From NCBI RefSeq assembly GCF_000392435.1, contig NC_021219.1, forward strand, positions 540,001-572,000: 32,000 nt of DNA. The letters are read 5' to 3'. This document shows positions 8,390-17,392 of the stretch, in pieces. The stretch comes from Candidatus Saccharimonas aalborgensis (GTDB lineage Bacteria > Patescibacteriota > Saccharimonadia > Saccharimonadales > Saccharimonadaceae). Numbering within the stretch: the stretch's first letter is position 1; every line of letters starts with the position of its first letter. Made by a program: the position numbers and the translations under genes. Under the pieces are notes generated by a model. It worked only from the letters and a program-made list of their open reading frames with translations, ran no database searches and had not been told where the DNA came from.

Positions 8390-8426
8390 CATAAAAAAAT
8401 GACCCAACGTAGGTCATTTTTTTATG
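8390..8426. terminator. Bidirectional terminator pairing into the CCA end of tRNA-Ser(GCU)
   Basis: CATAAAAAAATGACC...GGTCATTTTTTTATG. Confidence 0.85.
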
Positions 8427-8517
8427 GCGGAGGAGGGGAGATTCGAACTCCCGCTGCAGGTCTCCCCACACTAACGATTTAGCAAACCGTCCCCTTCAGC
8501 CACTTGGGTACTCCTCC
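8425..8517 (-). tRNA. tRNA-Ser (anticodon GCU), CCA encoded
   Basis: Reverse strand GGAGGAGTACCCAAGTGGCTGAAGGGGACGGTTTGCTAAATCGTT...GTTCGAATCTCCCCCTCCTCCGCCA. Confidence 0.95.
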
Positions 8518-8624
8518 GTATCGACCATGCTACTGTCGTAGACGATCGCTTCAGATTGTTAATTGAACCATAGTAGTATACCATACCAACACCTTAGCGT
8601 ATAGAGACATGCTATAGTTGGCTA

Positions 8625-9983
8625 GTGAGGCTATCTCTCTTTAAACGAGTTTTTGTATGGAACCCAATCGTCACTGGCGGGGTGGTGTTTGTTCTCTATC
8701 TCATTCCCTGCCTATTTGCTCTCGATCCCGACGCGGGATGGCATATACGTTCAGGTGGTGACATCTTGTCGCATGGTATCCCTGCGCACGACCTCTATTC
8801 TTATACGGCGACGGATTTTCCCTGGATACATCACGAATGGCTCGCAGATGTCATTAACTATCTAATATACCAACTTGGTGGTTTCGTGCTGCTTTCTGTC
8901 GTGTATGCGAGCGCATGGACGGCTGCAACACTTGTATTCCTGAGGAATTGGCGATATGGTGCCCTAGCTGTCATAGCTACACTGGCCGTTCTGCCTTACG
9001 TTGGAGTACGCGCAACGACATGGACAGTGGGATTCATGGCGCTTTTATCTTGGTTAATTGATAGCTCTCATCGGTGGCGGATTGCAGCCATCCTCGCCCT
9101 CTTTCTAGTGTGGGCAAATATCCATGGCGGCTTTGTCCTAGGGCTTGTCTATCTGTTATGGATTACTATTTGGCGTCGGTCGGCGTTACTTGGGATTGCA
9201 TTTGTCGGAGCAGTTGCTCTGACGGGTGTTACTCCCTATGGCTATCGGATCTATGAGGAAGTATTTCGCACCCTCCTAGATACTTCCTTGCATCACCGAA
9301 TCGACGAGTGGCGTTCATTTGCATTCGAGCCCTCCATCGTGCCCTACTTGGGCATATGGGCAAGCACTATTGTATTACGGGGGCGAAAGTGGCGGACGAT
9401 TCCGTGGTTTGATGGCCTACTCCTCGTAAGCGCCGTTCTCAGTGTGCGGAATGTCCCGCTCTTTGTACTGATGTCCCTGACTTCTACGCAGCGCTCCTTT
9501 AGCACACTTGCTGCTACCCTGCCAAAGAAGATAACCCTTGTCCATCAATGGTTATTGCCGCTCACGCTTAGTATAGGCGGGATGGTGTTGGGAGCATGTC
9601 TACTGTACGACTATCAATTTCTGGCTCATCCAGAAAAGACCCAGTACCCTGAGGGGGTTGTCGAGAAGCTTCGTCAGCAACCCTGCGAAGGTCGAATCTT
9701 TAATTCTTACAATGTTGGGGGATATCTAATCTGGAAACTACCAGATACAGAGGTGTATATTGATGGCAGGATGCCAAGTTGGGAGCTTGGTGGCCGGAAA
9801 TATATGGACGACTACTATCGTATTCTCCGAGATGACACGTTTCGGCGACAACAGTTTGAGCACTATGGAGTCCGCTGCGTTATTTGGGAGGGATCGGACG
9901 CGTTTGCACGCAAACTTCAATCAGAGGGTTGGCAGACAACTCGCGATGAGAGTACACTAGTGCTATTACGCAGGCCAGCGTAA
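8625..9983 (+). CDS. Polytopic membrane protein, GT-C-type glycosyltransferase-like
   Basis: GTG start; DPDAGWHIRSGGDILSHGIPAHDLYSYT...WIHHEWLADV motif near the N-terminus, about 10 TMs, soluble C-terminal domain. Confidence 0.5.
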   Translation: MRLSLFKRVFVWNPIVTGGVVFVLYLIPCLFALDPDAGWHIRSGGDILSHGIPAHDLYSYTATDFPWIHHEWLADVINYLIYQLGGFVLLSVVYASAWTAATLVFLRNWRYGALAVIATLAVLPYVGVRATTWTVGFMALLSWLIDSSHRWRIAAILALFLVWANIHGGFVLGLVYLLWITIWRRSALLGIAFVGAVALTGVTPYGYRIYEEVFRTLLDTSLHHRIDEWRSFAFEPSIVPYLGIWASTIVLRGRKWRTIPWFDGLLLVSAVLSVRNVPLFVLMSLTSTQRSFSTLAATLPKKITLVHQWLLPLTLSIGGMVLGACLLYDYQFLAHPEKTQYPEGVVEKLRQQPCEGRIFNSYNVGGYLIWKLPDTEVYIDGRMPSWELGGRKYMDDYYRILRDDTFRRQQFEHYGVRCVIWEGSDAFARKLQSEGWQTTRDESTLVLLRRPA

Positions 9984-10042
9984 TCACTCGACAAAATACA
10001 CTTTTTTTGCTATAATACGACACAAATGAGGAGATCCAACAG

Positions 10043-10465
10043 ATGAAAAGACAATCCCTGACAAACTATGCTGCGGTCTTAAGTGCTACTGTTGTTGTGG
10101 CTGCGCTCAATGTTGCACAGGCGTACGCTGTCGGTTCTGTCACTCAAGGGGTGGACGCGGCACACGGTGACCAGCAGCCATCAAATCTTTTTGGAAATGC
10201 CGGAGTCTTTTCGACAATCAGCAACGTCCTTCTCTTTATTGTCGGTGCGGTTGCCGTCATTATGATTATCATCGGCGGCTTGCGCTATGTCGTATCTGGA
10301 GGCGATGCTTCCCAGGTACAAGCGGCAAAAAATACGATTCTTTATGCGCTTATCGGTGTCATTGTGGCTATTCTCGCCTATGCGGCGGTCAATTTCGTCG
10401 TGGCGAGTTTCGTTCCAAATGCCGCAACGAACGGACAGAGCGTTACCGGTACTTCTGCCCGATAA
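10043..10465 (+). CDS. VirB2/TrbC-pilin-like protein, paralog 7 (solitary)
   Basis: Signal peptide, then VAVIMIIIGGLRYVVSGGDASQVQAAKNTILYALIGVIVAILAYAAVNFVVASF; SD ggag upstream; own promoter-like TATAAT. Confidence 0.8.
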   Translation: MKRQSLTNYAAVLSATVVVAALNVAQAYAVGSVTQGVDAAHGDQQPSNLFGNAGVFSTISNVLLFIVGAVAVIMIIIGGLRYVVSGGDASQVQAAKNTILYALIGVIVAILAYAAVNFVVASFVPNAATNGQSVTGTSAR

Positions 10466-10477
10466 TCAGACCATTCT

Positions 10478-10519
10478 CAATAAAATAGCAAAGACGTAAA
10501 AGCCTTTGCTATTTTATTG
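10478..10519. terminator. Bidirectional terminator shared by pilin paralog 7 (+) and tRNA-Ser(CGA) (-), pairing into the CCA end
   Basis: CAATAAAATAGCAAAG-acgtaaaagc-CTTTGCTATTTTATTG, 16-bp perfect stem. Confidence 0.9.
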
Positions 10520-10607
10520 GCGGAGAGGGGGGGATTCGAACCCCCGATACGTTTGCGCGCATACACGATTTCGAGTCGTGCGCCTTCAACCACTCGGCCA
10601 CCTCTCC
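10518..10607 (-). tRNA. tRNA-Ser (anticodon CGA), CCA encoded
   Basis: Reverse strand GGAGAGGTGGCCGAGTGGTTGAAGGCGCACGACTCGAAATCGTG...GTTCGAATCCCCCCCTCTCCGCCA. Confidence 0.95.
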
Positions 10608-10650
10608 ATGGTACTCTCATTTTAACAGAGGCGGGGTGTATAATGAAATC

Positions 10651-11049
10651 ATGGAAGACTCAATCTTTACAAAAATTATTAAAGGGGAGATCCCTTGCCA
10701 CAAGATATACGAGGATGAATACACCTTCGCCTTCCTCGATATACACCCGATTCAGCCGGGCCAAGTACTTGTGGTACCAAAGACACAAATCGCTACTGTG
10801 TGGGATATGCCCCCAGATGAATACCATCATTTTATGGATACGGTACTGCGTATCGGCAAGCGGCTGTGCGAGGTATATCCAGATAAAGCCAAAGTTGGTC
10901 TCATGATCGAGGGGCTAGAGGTAGATCATGTTCATGCCAAGCTGTTTGCTTTTTCGACGGGTGAAGAATATCGTCGCTTGCCGGATATAGCTGAACAGCC
11001 CGATCAGAGCGCATTGGCGCGCGAAGCGGAAAAGATCCGGATTACATGA
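10651..11049 (+). CDS. HIT family nucleotide hydrolase/transferase
   Basis: [44 protein letters not shown]...[14 protein letters not shown]; HIT motif is HVHAKLF. Confidence 0.85.
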   Translation: MEDSIFTKIIKGEIPCHKIYEDEYTFAFLDIHPIQPGQVLVVPKTQIATVWDMPPDEYHHFMDTVLRIGKRLCEVYPDKAKVGLMIEGLEVDHVHAKLFAFSTGEEYRRLPDIAEQPDQSALAREAEKIRIT

Positions 11050-11501
11050 TCACCCTCGTTACTGTCGGCAAGAAGCATGATGCCTTACTCGTTGATGCCA
11101 TACAACGATATCAGCAGCGTCTGAGAGCTCCCTGGAATGTTAAGTGGGAGGTTTTGCCACACAGTTCAATGAACGCGCTAAAAGCCGTTCAGGAAGAGTC
11201 TAGGCGCATACTAAAACGTATACAGCCGTCTGATTATGTCATCTTGCTCGACGAAAACGGCTTACCAGTTGATTCCCCCGCTATGTCGCGAGTGCTTAAA
11301 CAACAACTTGCGAGCTCTCGTCACGTGAGCATCGTGATAGGCGGTGCCTACGGAGTGTCCAGCGCCCTAAAGGAACGTGCCAATAGTAGTTGGTCACTTT
11401 CACCGCTTGTATTTCCCCACCAACTGGTACGGCTTATCATCATCGAACAGCTCTACCGTGCTCAATCAATTGCAAATCACACCCCCTATCACCACGATTA
11501 G
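11046..11501 (+). CDS. rlmH: 23S rRNA pseudouridine(1915) N3-methyltransferase RlmH (SPOUT)
   Basis: [11 protein letters not shown]...[49 protein letters not shown]; ATGA-type overlap with the HIT gene. Confidence 0.88.
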   Translation: MITLVTVGKKHDALLVDAIQRYQQRLRAPWNVKWEVLPHSSMNALKAVQEESRRILKRIQPSDYVILLDENGLPVDSPAMSRVLKQQLASSRHVSIVIGGAYGVSSALKERANSSWSLSPLVFPHQLVRLIIIEQLYRAQSIANHTPYHHD

Positions 11502-11569
11502 TATCATAGTATTGACAAAACATAAAGTTTATGCTAAATTTTATGGAGTAGTCTAAATGAAAACAAAAA

Positions 11570-11923
11570 ATGAATACGACAAAAAGAATCATTACTTCCC
11601 TGACCGCGCTTCTCAGTGCACTGTTATCTCTTGGCCTCGTATTTCACGATAGCCAGGCAGAGCATGCCTTTGCTGTGGCAGTCAGCCGGCCACTCCTTTC
11701 GGCATATCATGAATCTGAAACCACAAAACCGCTTGATGAGATTAAACCGCTTCATGTTCATAGTGACTACAACCCCTTGTTGAGCACACTTGCCAACAGC
11801 TTTAATTATCAGCAACCAAGTCTCATGCCCCGTCGGAATAGTCATCACAAGGAGCTATTGCGCATGTTTGAGGTAGGCAGCAGACACGCGTTTGATAACG
11901 CCAATCTCCCTATAATTGACTAG
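11570..11923 (+). CDS. Small exported protein of unknown function
   Basis: Signal-like N-terminus MNTTKRIITSLTALLSALLSLGLVFHDSQAEHAFA; upstream ttgaca-N17-taaatt promoter-like sequence. Confidence 0.5.
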   Translation: MNTTKRIITSLTALLSALLSLGLVFHDSQAEHAFAVAVSRPLLSAYHESETTKPLDEIKPLHVHSDYNPLLSTLANSFNYQQPSLMPRRNSHHKELLRMFEVGSRHAFDNANLPIID

Positions 11924-14501
11924 AATCAGAACTATCTTCTGAGATAACCTGGAGTTCGCGGGCGAGCCGTTCGACGAGGGAATGCTTGGCTTGTAGCTGT
12001 TCGCGTGATTGCTCCACGAGCTCGGGGGGAGCTTTTGTAATATATTGATCGTTCGCTAATCGTTTTTCGAGCGCTTCACTTTCGGCACGTGCTTCTGCTA
12101 ATCGTTTTTCGAGATTGGTCTGATGTTCGTATAGTATCTCAGGGGAAATGTCGAGCCAAGCATCACGACCACTACTAGCGAGACGTAGACCCCGGGCCTG
12201 ATCGACATGTTCAACAGTTTCCAGTTTGGCAAGGTGTTGGATGAGGCCAGCGTTGTCGGCCACAAGAGAGTCATCCATATAAAGCAGGCTATAGCGCTCA
12301 TTACCTGGTAGTTCTGAAGTGACATAGCGTGTTTCTGCCACCAGTCGTTTGAGACGCCCAAATTCGGCTGCTTCAAGCTCGTTGCAGTCCTTTTGCTCTG
12401 GCCATGCGGCACCAGCGAGGACATCACTATGCCAGTTGAGACTTTGCCAGATGGTTTCGGTGACGAAGGGAGCAAACGGGTGCGCTAGACGTAAGCTAGT
12501 GTCCAGCACCCAGGCGAGCATTGAGGTGTGCTTCTCAATCTTGCTGACCTCTATATACCAGTCAGCGACATCATCCCAGATCACGTGGTAGAGAGTTTCG
12601 GCGGCCTCTGCGAAGCGGTAATCATCAAGCTGTTGTTCAACCGTGCTGATTGCTTGGTTAAGTCGATGGATGATCCAATGATCAGCCATCGAATGTAGAT
12701 CTGGGTGGGGAGTGGGCTGCGAATCCCCTACTTGACCCTCAATGAATCGTGCAATGTTCCACAATTTGTTACAGAAATTGCGTCCGGCAATTACCTTACC
12801 CCGACTGAATGCTTGATTTTGAGCGGCGCTACGGCTAGAGACGATCCCCATGCGCAGTGCGTCAGACCCATATTCACTGATTGTTTCCATGGGGTTGATA
12901 ACATTTCCCTTACTTTTGCTCATCTTGATGCCCTTTTCATCAAGAACAAGGCCGTGCAGGTAGACATGGCGAAATGGAACCTGTCCAGTTCGGTAGAGGC
13001 CGAGCATGAGCATACGGGCGACCCAGGCAAAGAGGATATCACCTGCTGTTTCCATGACTGCATTTGGAAAATAGCGAGCGAGCGGTCCATTAGTCAGATA
13101 ATCAGTGGTAATAAACGGCCACTGGCCACTGCTAAACCAGGTATCGAGCGTGTCCTCCTCGCGCACATATGTCGTGCCATCTACATCAATATGCGTTTCG
13201 TCAACACGACGATCGAACAGCCAGGTCTCTGGATCGGTTGTTGAGTGAAACATGGGAATTGGGATGCCCCAAGGGATCTGACGGCTAATATTCCAGTCAC
13301 GAAGTTCCTTGAGATAATTGATAACCACTTGAGCTTTGTTGTGTGGGGTAAAGGATATATCACCCTTCTCGATAGCCGTAATGGCGTTTTTGGCAAGCTC
13401 TTGCATCTTTACAAACCACTGTTCCTTGACTAAGGGTTCTATGATGCTGCCGCACTTATAACAATGTCCCACGGCATGTTCGATTTCTTGTTCGCCCCGC
13501 AGTGCTTCCTCAATCGAGAGCGCCGACAATACTTTTTTGCGAGCTTCTTCGGCTGTGAGCCCAGCGTACTGAGGCGGCACGTTTATCATAGTGCCGTCGT
13601 AGTTGATGACCTGGATGCGCTCGAGCTGATGACGCTCGGCGATAGCGAAATCATTTGGATCATGAGCTGGTGTAATCTTTACCGCTCCGGTACCAAAAGA
13701 CCTATCGACGTAGTCGTCGGCAATAATGGGGATTTCTCTACCAATGAGTGGAAGTTGCACTTTTGTACCGATCAGATCCTTGTAGCGCTCATCATCGGGG
13801 TGAACGGCGATAGCGGTGTCACCAAGCATTGTCTCGGGGCGGGTTGTTGCGACGATAATCTCCCCTACCTTGTCGAGTGTTGGGTAGGCAATGCTCCACA
13901 ACTTCCCTTTCTCGTTTTTATGAACTACCTCGATGTCGGCAAAGCTTGTCTGATGCTTGACACAGAAGTTTACCATTCGTTCGCTGCGGTAGATCAACTG
14001 ATCTTGCCACATCTTTTCAAAGCTATCATAGACACTATCTATTACTTTTTTGTCGAGGGTAAAGACAAGCGTATTCCAATCGACGCCGGCGCCGAGAGCC
14101 CGGAGTTGGAGTTCCATGTTGCCGCGCTGTTCGTCGACAAAGTTCCACACCTGACTATACAGTTGTTCGCGCGTGTAATCAAAGCGCGTTTTCCCCTGTT
14201 TCTCAAGCTCTTTCTCGTACACAACCCAGGTTTCAAAGCCAGCATGGTCGGCACCGGGGATATACAGAGCATCATCACCTCTCATGCGGCGGTAGCGAAT
14301 CAGGATATCTTGCAGAGCGCTGCCAAGTGCATGTCCAACATGCAAGTTGCCATTGGCGTTCGGTGGCGGCATGATGATGCTGTAGGGTGTCCCCTGCCCC
14401 TTTGCCTTAAATACTCCCGACGACTCCCAGAGGGCATAAATGGTCGGCTCGTAATCATTGGGAGTGTAGGTTTTTGCGAGATTCATGGATGGTCTGGTCA
14501 T
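11910..14501 (-). CDS. valS: Valine--tRNA ligase
   Basis: NANGNLHVGHALGSALQD (HIGH-type), DEKGIKMSKSKGNVINP (KMSKS), ARMLMLGLY, anticodon and C-terminal coiled-coil regions; may start at 14501 or 14486. Confidence 0.95.
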   Translation of the reverse strand: MTRPSMNLAKTYTPNDYEPTIYALWESSGVFKAKGQGTPYSIIMPPPNANGNLHVGHALGSALQDILIRYRRMRGDDALYIPGADHAGFETWVVYEKELEKQGKTRFDYTREQLYSQVWNFVDEQRGNMELQLRALGAGVDWNTLVFTLDKKVIDSVYDSFEKMWQDQLIYRSERMVNFCVKHQTSFADIEVVHKNEKGKLWSIAYPTLDKVGEIIVATTRPETMLGDTAIAVHPDDERYKDLIGTKVQLPLIGREIPIIADDYVDRSFGTGAVKITPAHDPNDFAIAERHQLERIQVINYDGTMINVPPQYAGLTAEEARKKVLSALSIEEALRGEQEIEHAVGHCYKCGSIIEPLVKEQWFVKMQELAKNAITAIEKGDISFTPHNKAQVVINYLKELRDWNISRQIPWGIPIPMFHSTTDPETWLFDRRVDETHIDVDGTTYVREEDTLDTWFSSGQWPFITTDYLTNGPLARYFPNAVMETAGDILFAWVARMLMLGLYRTGQVPFRHVYLHGLVLDEKGIKMSKSKGNVINPMETISEYGSDALRMGIVSSRSAAQNQAFSRGKVIAGRNFCNKLWNIARFIEGQVGDSQPTPHPDLHSMADHWIIHRLNQAISTVEQQLDDYRFAEAAETLYHVIWDDVADWYIEVSKIEKHTSMLAWVLDTSLRLAHPFAPFVTETIWQSLNWHSDVLAGAAWPEQKDCNELEAAEFGRLKRLVAETRYVTSELPGNERYSLLYMDDSLVADNAGLIQHLAKLETVEHVDQARGLRLASSGRDAWLDISPEILYEHQTNLEKRLAEARAESEALEKRLANDQYITKAPPELVEQSREQLQAKHSLVERLARELQVISEDSSDSSQL

Positions 14502-14652
14502 TCTTTCATTGTTTTCACGCGAAAAAAAACATTAGCAAACTCACCAGAACTTTTCACGTGAAAAGTCCAGCGTGTTATCTCTACCTCTGTTATCTCCGCG
14601 TGTTTGTGTTCACACCTAAGTATAGCACAAACAATGTATAATAGTTACAGTC

Positions 14653-15642
14653 ATGATTGGTGCAACACCGTGCGAGAGTAGAGTAGACTGGGACGAGTTT
14701 GTTTCGGTGACGAATGGTCACCCTTTGCAACTGTGGGGTTGGGGAGACGTAAAGACGGCACATCATTGGACGGCACATCGTATACTTGTTAACGATGGTT
14801 CAGAGGTTATCGGTGGTGCCCAGCTCCTAGTAAGAAAACTACCTGGGGCATTTCGTCGCTTTGTCTACATTCCGCGTGGGCCAGTTAGCCGCACGGGAAG
14901 GGAAGTAGATACGCTCAATGCCCTTGCCTCATACGTACGGCACCATTTGCCCGGAACAGTCCTCAGTGTCGAACCCAATACACGTGTGTTTCCTGATATA
15001 AAGGGATGGCGACATTCAAATCGAACGATTTTGATACCGAATACGCTTGTCCTCGACCTGACACGCACCGAGAGTGAGCTTCAGGCTGATATGACAAAAA
15101 AGACCAGGCAGTACATCCGCAAATCTCAGCGCGCGGAACTTGATTTTCGTCAAATTACTACTGATGAAGAGCTTAACGAATGTCTACATATTTACCATGA
15201 AACGGCTGGACGTGCTGAGTTTGCTCTCCATAGCGACGCGTATTATCGTGACGTCCATAGAAATCTTGGTGATGCATCTGTCATCATGGCAGCCTTTTAT
15301 GAAGACAAGCCGGTTGCTTTTTTGTGGCTTGCAGTGAGCCAAGAGGTGGCATTCGAGCTATACGGAGGTATGAATGAGGAAGGACAGCGACGAAGGGCAA
15401 ATTATGCACTCAAGTGGCAGACGATCTTACTCTGTAAACAGCGTGGGGCTAAGCAGTATGACATGAATGGGCTTTTAAACGATGGAGTTAGTACCTTCAA
15501 GAAGGGGTTTGCCAGTCAGGAGACGATGCTTGCGGGAACCTACGACTATCCGTTATCGCCGCTCTATACAATTTGGAACCGAGCACTACCGATAGCAAAA
15601 AAACTTGTTCGCACTACTGGAAAGGTGTTGAGAAGACCCTAA
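14653..15642 (+). CDS. FemAB/FemX-like aminoacyltransferase (lipid II interpeptide bridge family)
   Basis: LQLWGWGDVKTAHHW, KKTRQYIRKSQRAEL, YGGMNEEGQRRRANYALKWQTILLCKQRGAKQYDMNG, FKKGFASQETMLAGTYD. Confidence 0.8.
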   Translation: MIGATPCESRVDWDEFVSVTNGHPLQLWGWGDVKTAHHWTAHRILVNDGSEVIGGAQLLVRKLPGAFRRFVYIPRGPVSRTGREVDTLNALASYVRHHLPGTVLSVEPNTRVFPDIKGWRHSNRTILIPNTLVLDLTRTESELQADMTKKTRQYIRKSQRAELDFRQITTDEELNECLHIYHETAGRAEFALHSDAYYRDVHRNLGDASVIMAAFYEDKPVAFLWLAVSQEVAFELYGGMNEEGQRRRANYALKWQTILLCKQRGAKQYDMNGLLNDGVSTFKKGFASQETMLAGTYDYPLSPLYTIWNRALPIAKKLVRTTGKVLRRP

Positions 15643-15661
15643 AACGGCAGAGGCTGTGTCG

Positions 15662-16243
15662 TTACAAAATGGGAACGGCGCCCTGTCGGTAAACGATAAT
15701 CTCGCCGGCACTGTCGAATCCGATAATTGTTGACGGAGGTCGGTCGCCAAGAGGACCGATATCGACATAAAAGTCTATTTTCTCACCGAAATAGTCGATT
15801 GCTTGGTCGATACTTTGTGAGGTAGGCGCATTTGGTGTGTTTGCGCTCGTTGTCATAAGTGGGCCGGTCGTAAGTAAAAGCTTCTGAAGATCAGAGTGTG
15901 CGGGAATACGTGCCGCCATGTGTTCTTGCCCGTCGCTAAGATATCTCGGAAGGGAAGCGGCGCTCATTTCCACGCTTACGGCATTTGGCCAGAAGCGAGC
16001 TGCTTTTAAAACTTCTGCTCGAGGAAACCCTAGTGCGATGAGCTGATCTGTGGTTGCGGCTATAGTGGTACCTGGTTGCCGAGCGCGTGACTTGAGATGG
16101 TAAAGGCGAGTGATTGCCAGTTGGTTGTTGGCAATACCTACCAACCCATACACAGTATCTGTTGGCATAACGCCGATAGCGCCGTTTTTTAATAGATCGA
16201 TAAGACGAGGATCACTCAGTGCTGAGATCCGCAGTGCTGGCAT
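15662..16243 (-). CDS. tsaC: L-threonylcarbamoyladenylate synthase, YrdC/Sua5 family
   Basis: GAIGVMPTDTVYGLVGIANNQLAITRLYHLKSR...GPLMTTSANTPNAPTS. Confidence 0.85.
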   Translation of the reverse strand: MPALRISALSDPRLIDLLKNGAIGVMPTDTVYGLVGIANNQLAITRLYHLKSRARQPGTTIAATTDQLIALGFPRAEVLKAARFWPNAVSVEMSAASLPRYLSDGQEHMAARIPAHSDLQKLLLTTGPLMTTSANTPNAPTSQSIDQAIDYFGEKIDFYVDIGPLGDRPPSTIIGFDSAGEIIVYRQGAVPIL

Positions 16244-16245
16244 GG

Positions 16246-17340
16246 TTAGTCCGCCATTACCCATGAAGTACGGGTCATTGATAGTGAAGGAATTACCTCA
16301 AGTGACAAGGGGTCTGCGGGAGGTACAGCGGTGGCATGAAAATAGCCTAAGGTAGCGATCATCGCTGCGTTGTCGGTACAGAGGGCAAGAGGAGCGTACT
16401 CGATCTCGATCGAAAGCTGCTCTCGCAGGCGATCGCGCAGAGGCTGACAGGCCGCAACGCCACCGGCAATGACGACTGAATTGGGCAGATACTGCTCATA
16501 GGCCGCCACCGTCTTGTCGACCAAACACCGAACTGCCACTTTTTGGAAACTGGCTGCGATATTTTGTCGCTGAAGGTCGTTTAACAGCCCTGGGAGCTCG
16601 TGGGAGGGAAAAGTGTGATCTTTGCCTACTTCACGCTGAGTTGCCCTCAGAACGGCTGTCTTGAGGCCAGAGAAGGAAAAATCATAGGTGCCTTGAGTCC
16701 GAGGAGTGGGAAACTGATAGGTTGATGAATCACCAAGCAGTGCCGCCTTGTCGACCGATACTCCTCCGGGGTAGGGAAGACCGATCATCTTTGCCACCTT
16801 GTCAAATGCTTCTCCGACTGCATCATCCATGGTTTGTCCTAGTAGTTCGTATGTTCCATGACCATGAAATAAAACCAGTTGCGTATGACCACCAGATACG
16901 ATGAGCGCTAATAGAGGAAAAGAAGGCTGGCGAGTGGGAAGCGAGAGCTGCGGTGTCATGGTTGGTGATTGCTCGGTAATGAAGTTGGCATAGACGTGCG
17001 CCTCCACGTGGTGAATCGGATACAGCGGCTTGTTATGGATAATGGCAAGTGTGCGAGCCGCCAACGTACCAACCAAAAGAGATCCAACTAAACCAGGTGC
17101 GTAGGTGACAGCGATCGCATCGATATCATCCCAGCTACAGTTGGCATCTGTCAAAGCCTTGTCGATGACGGGGTTGATTGCCTCGATATGACTGCGAGCC
17201 GCAATTTCCGGTACAACCCCTCCGTAATGGGCATGAATATCGATCTGTGATTGGACGACATTGGATAGCAGATGAAATCCATCCTCTACAACGGCGGCAG
17301 CGGTTTCGTCACAACTACTCTCGATTCCTAGGATTCTCAC
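16246..17340 (-). CDS. tsaD: tRNA N6-adenosine threonylcarbamoyltransferase
   Basis: RILGIESSCDETAAAVVEDG, GGVVPEIAARSHIE, HHVEAHVYANF; likely GTG start at 17340 (the ATG at 17361 is an alternative). Confidence 0.93.
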   Translation of the reverse strand: MRILGIESSCDETAAAVVEDGFHLLSNVVQSQIDIHAHYGGVVPEIAARSHIEAINPVIDKALTDANCSWDDIDAIAVTYAPGLVGSLLVGTLAARTLAIIHNKPLYPIHHVEAHVYANFITEQSPTMTPQLSLPTRQPSFPLLALIVSGGHTQLVLFHGHGTYELLGQTMDDAVGEAFDKVAKMIGLPYPGGVSVDKAALLGDSSTYQFPTPRTQGTYDFSFSGLKTAVLRATQREVGKDHTFPSHELPGLLNDLQRQNIAASFQKVAVRCLVDKTVAAYEQYLPNSVVIAGGVAACQPLRDRLREQLSIEIEYAPLALCTDNAAMIATLGYFHATAVPPADPLSLEVIPSLSMTRTSWVMAD

Positions 17341-17392
17341 TAGAGATGAGTATAACATCTTTTTCTGTCTCACGGGGTGGTAAAATAGAGGT

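Noticed and set aside
13464-14561. 365-aa plus-strand ORF (also 12705..13244, 13181..13396 minus and others)
   Set aside because: Antisense or alternative-frame readings of the strongly supported valS gene.
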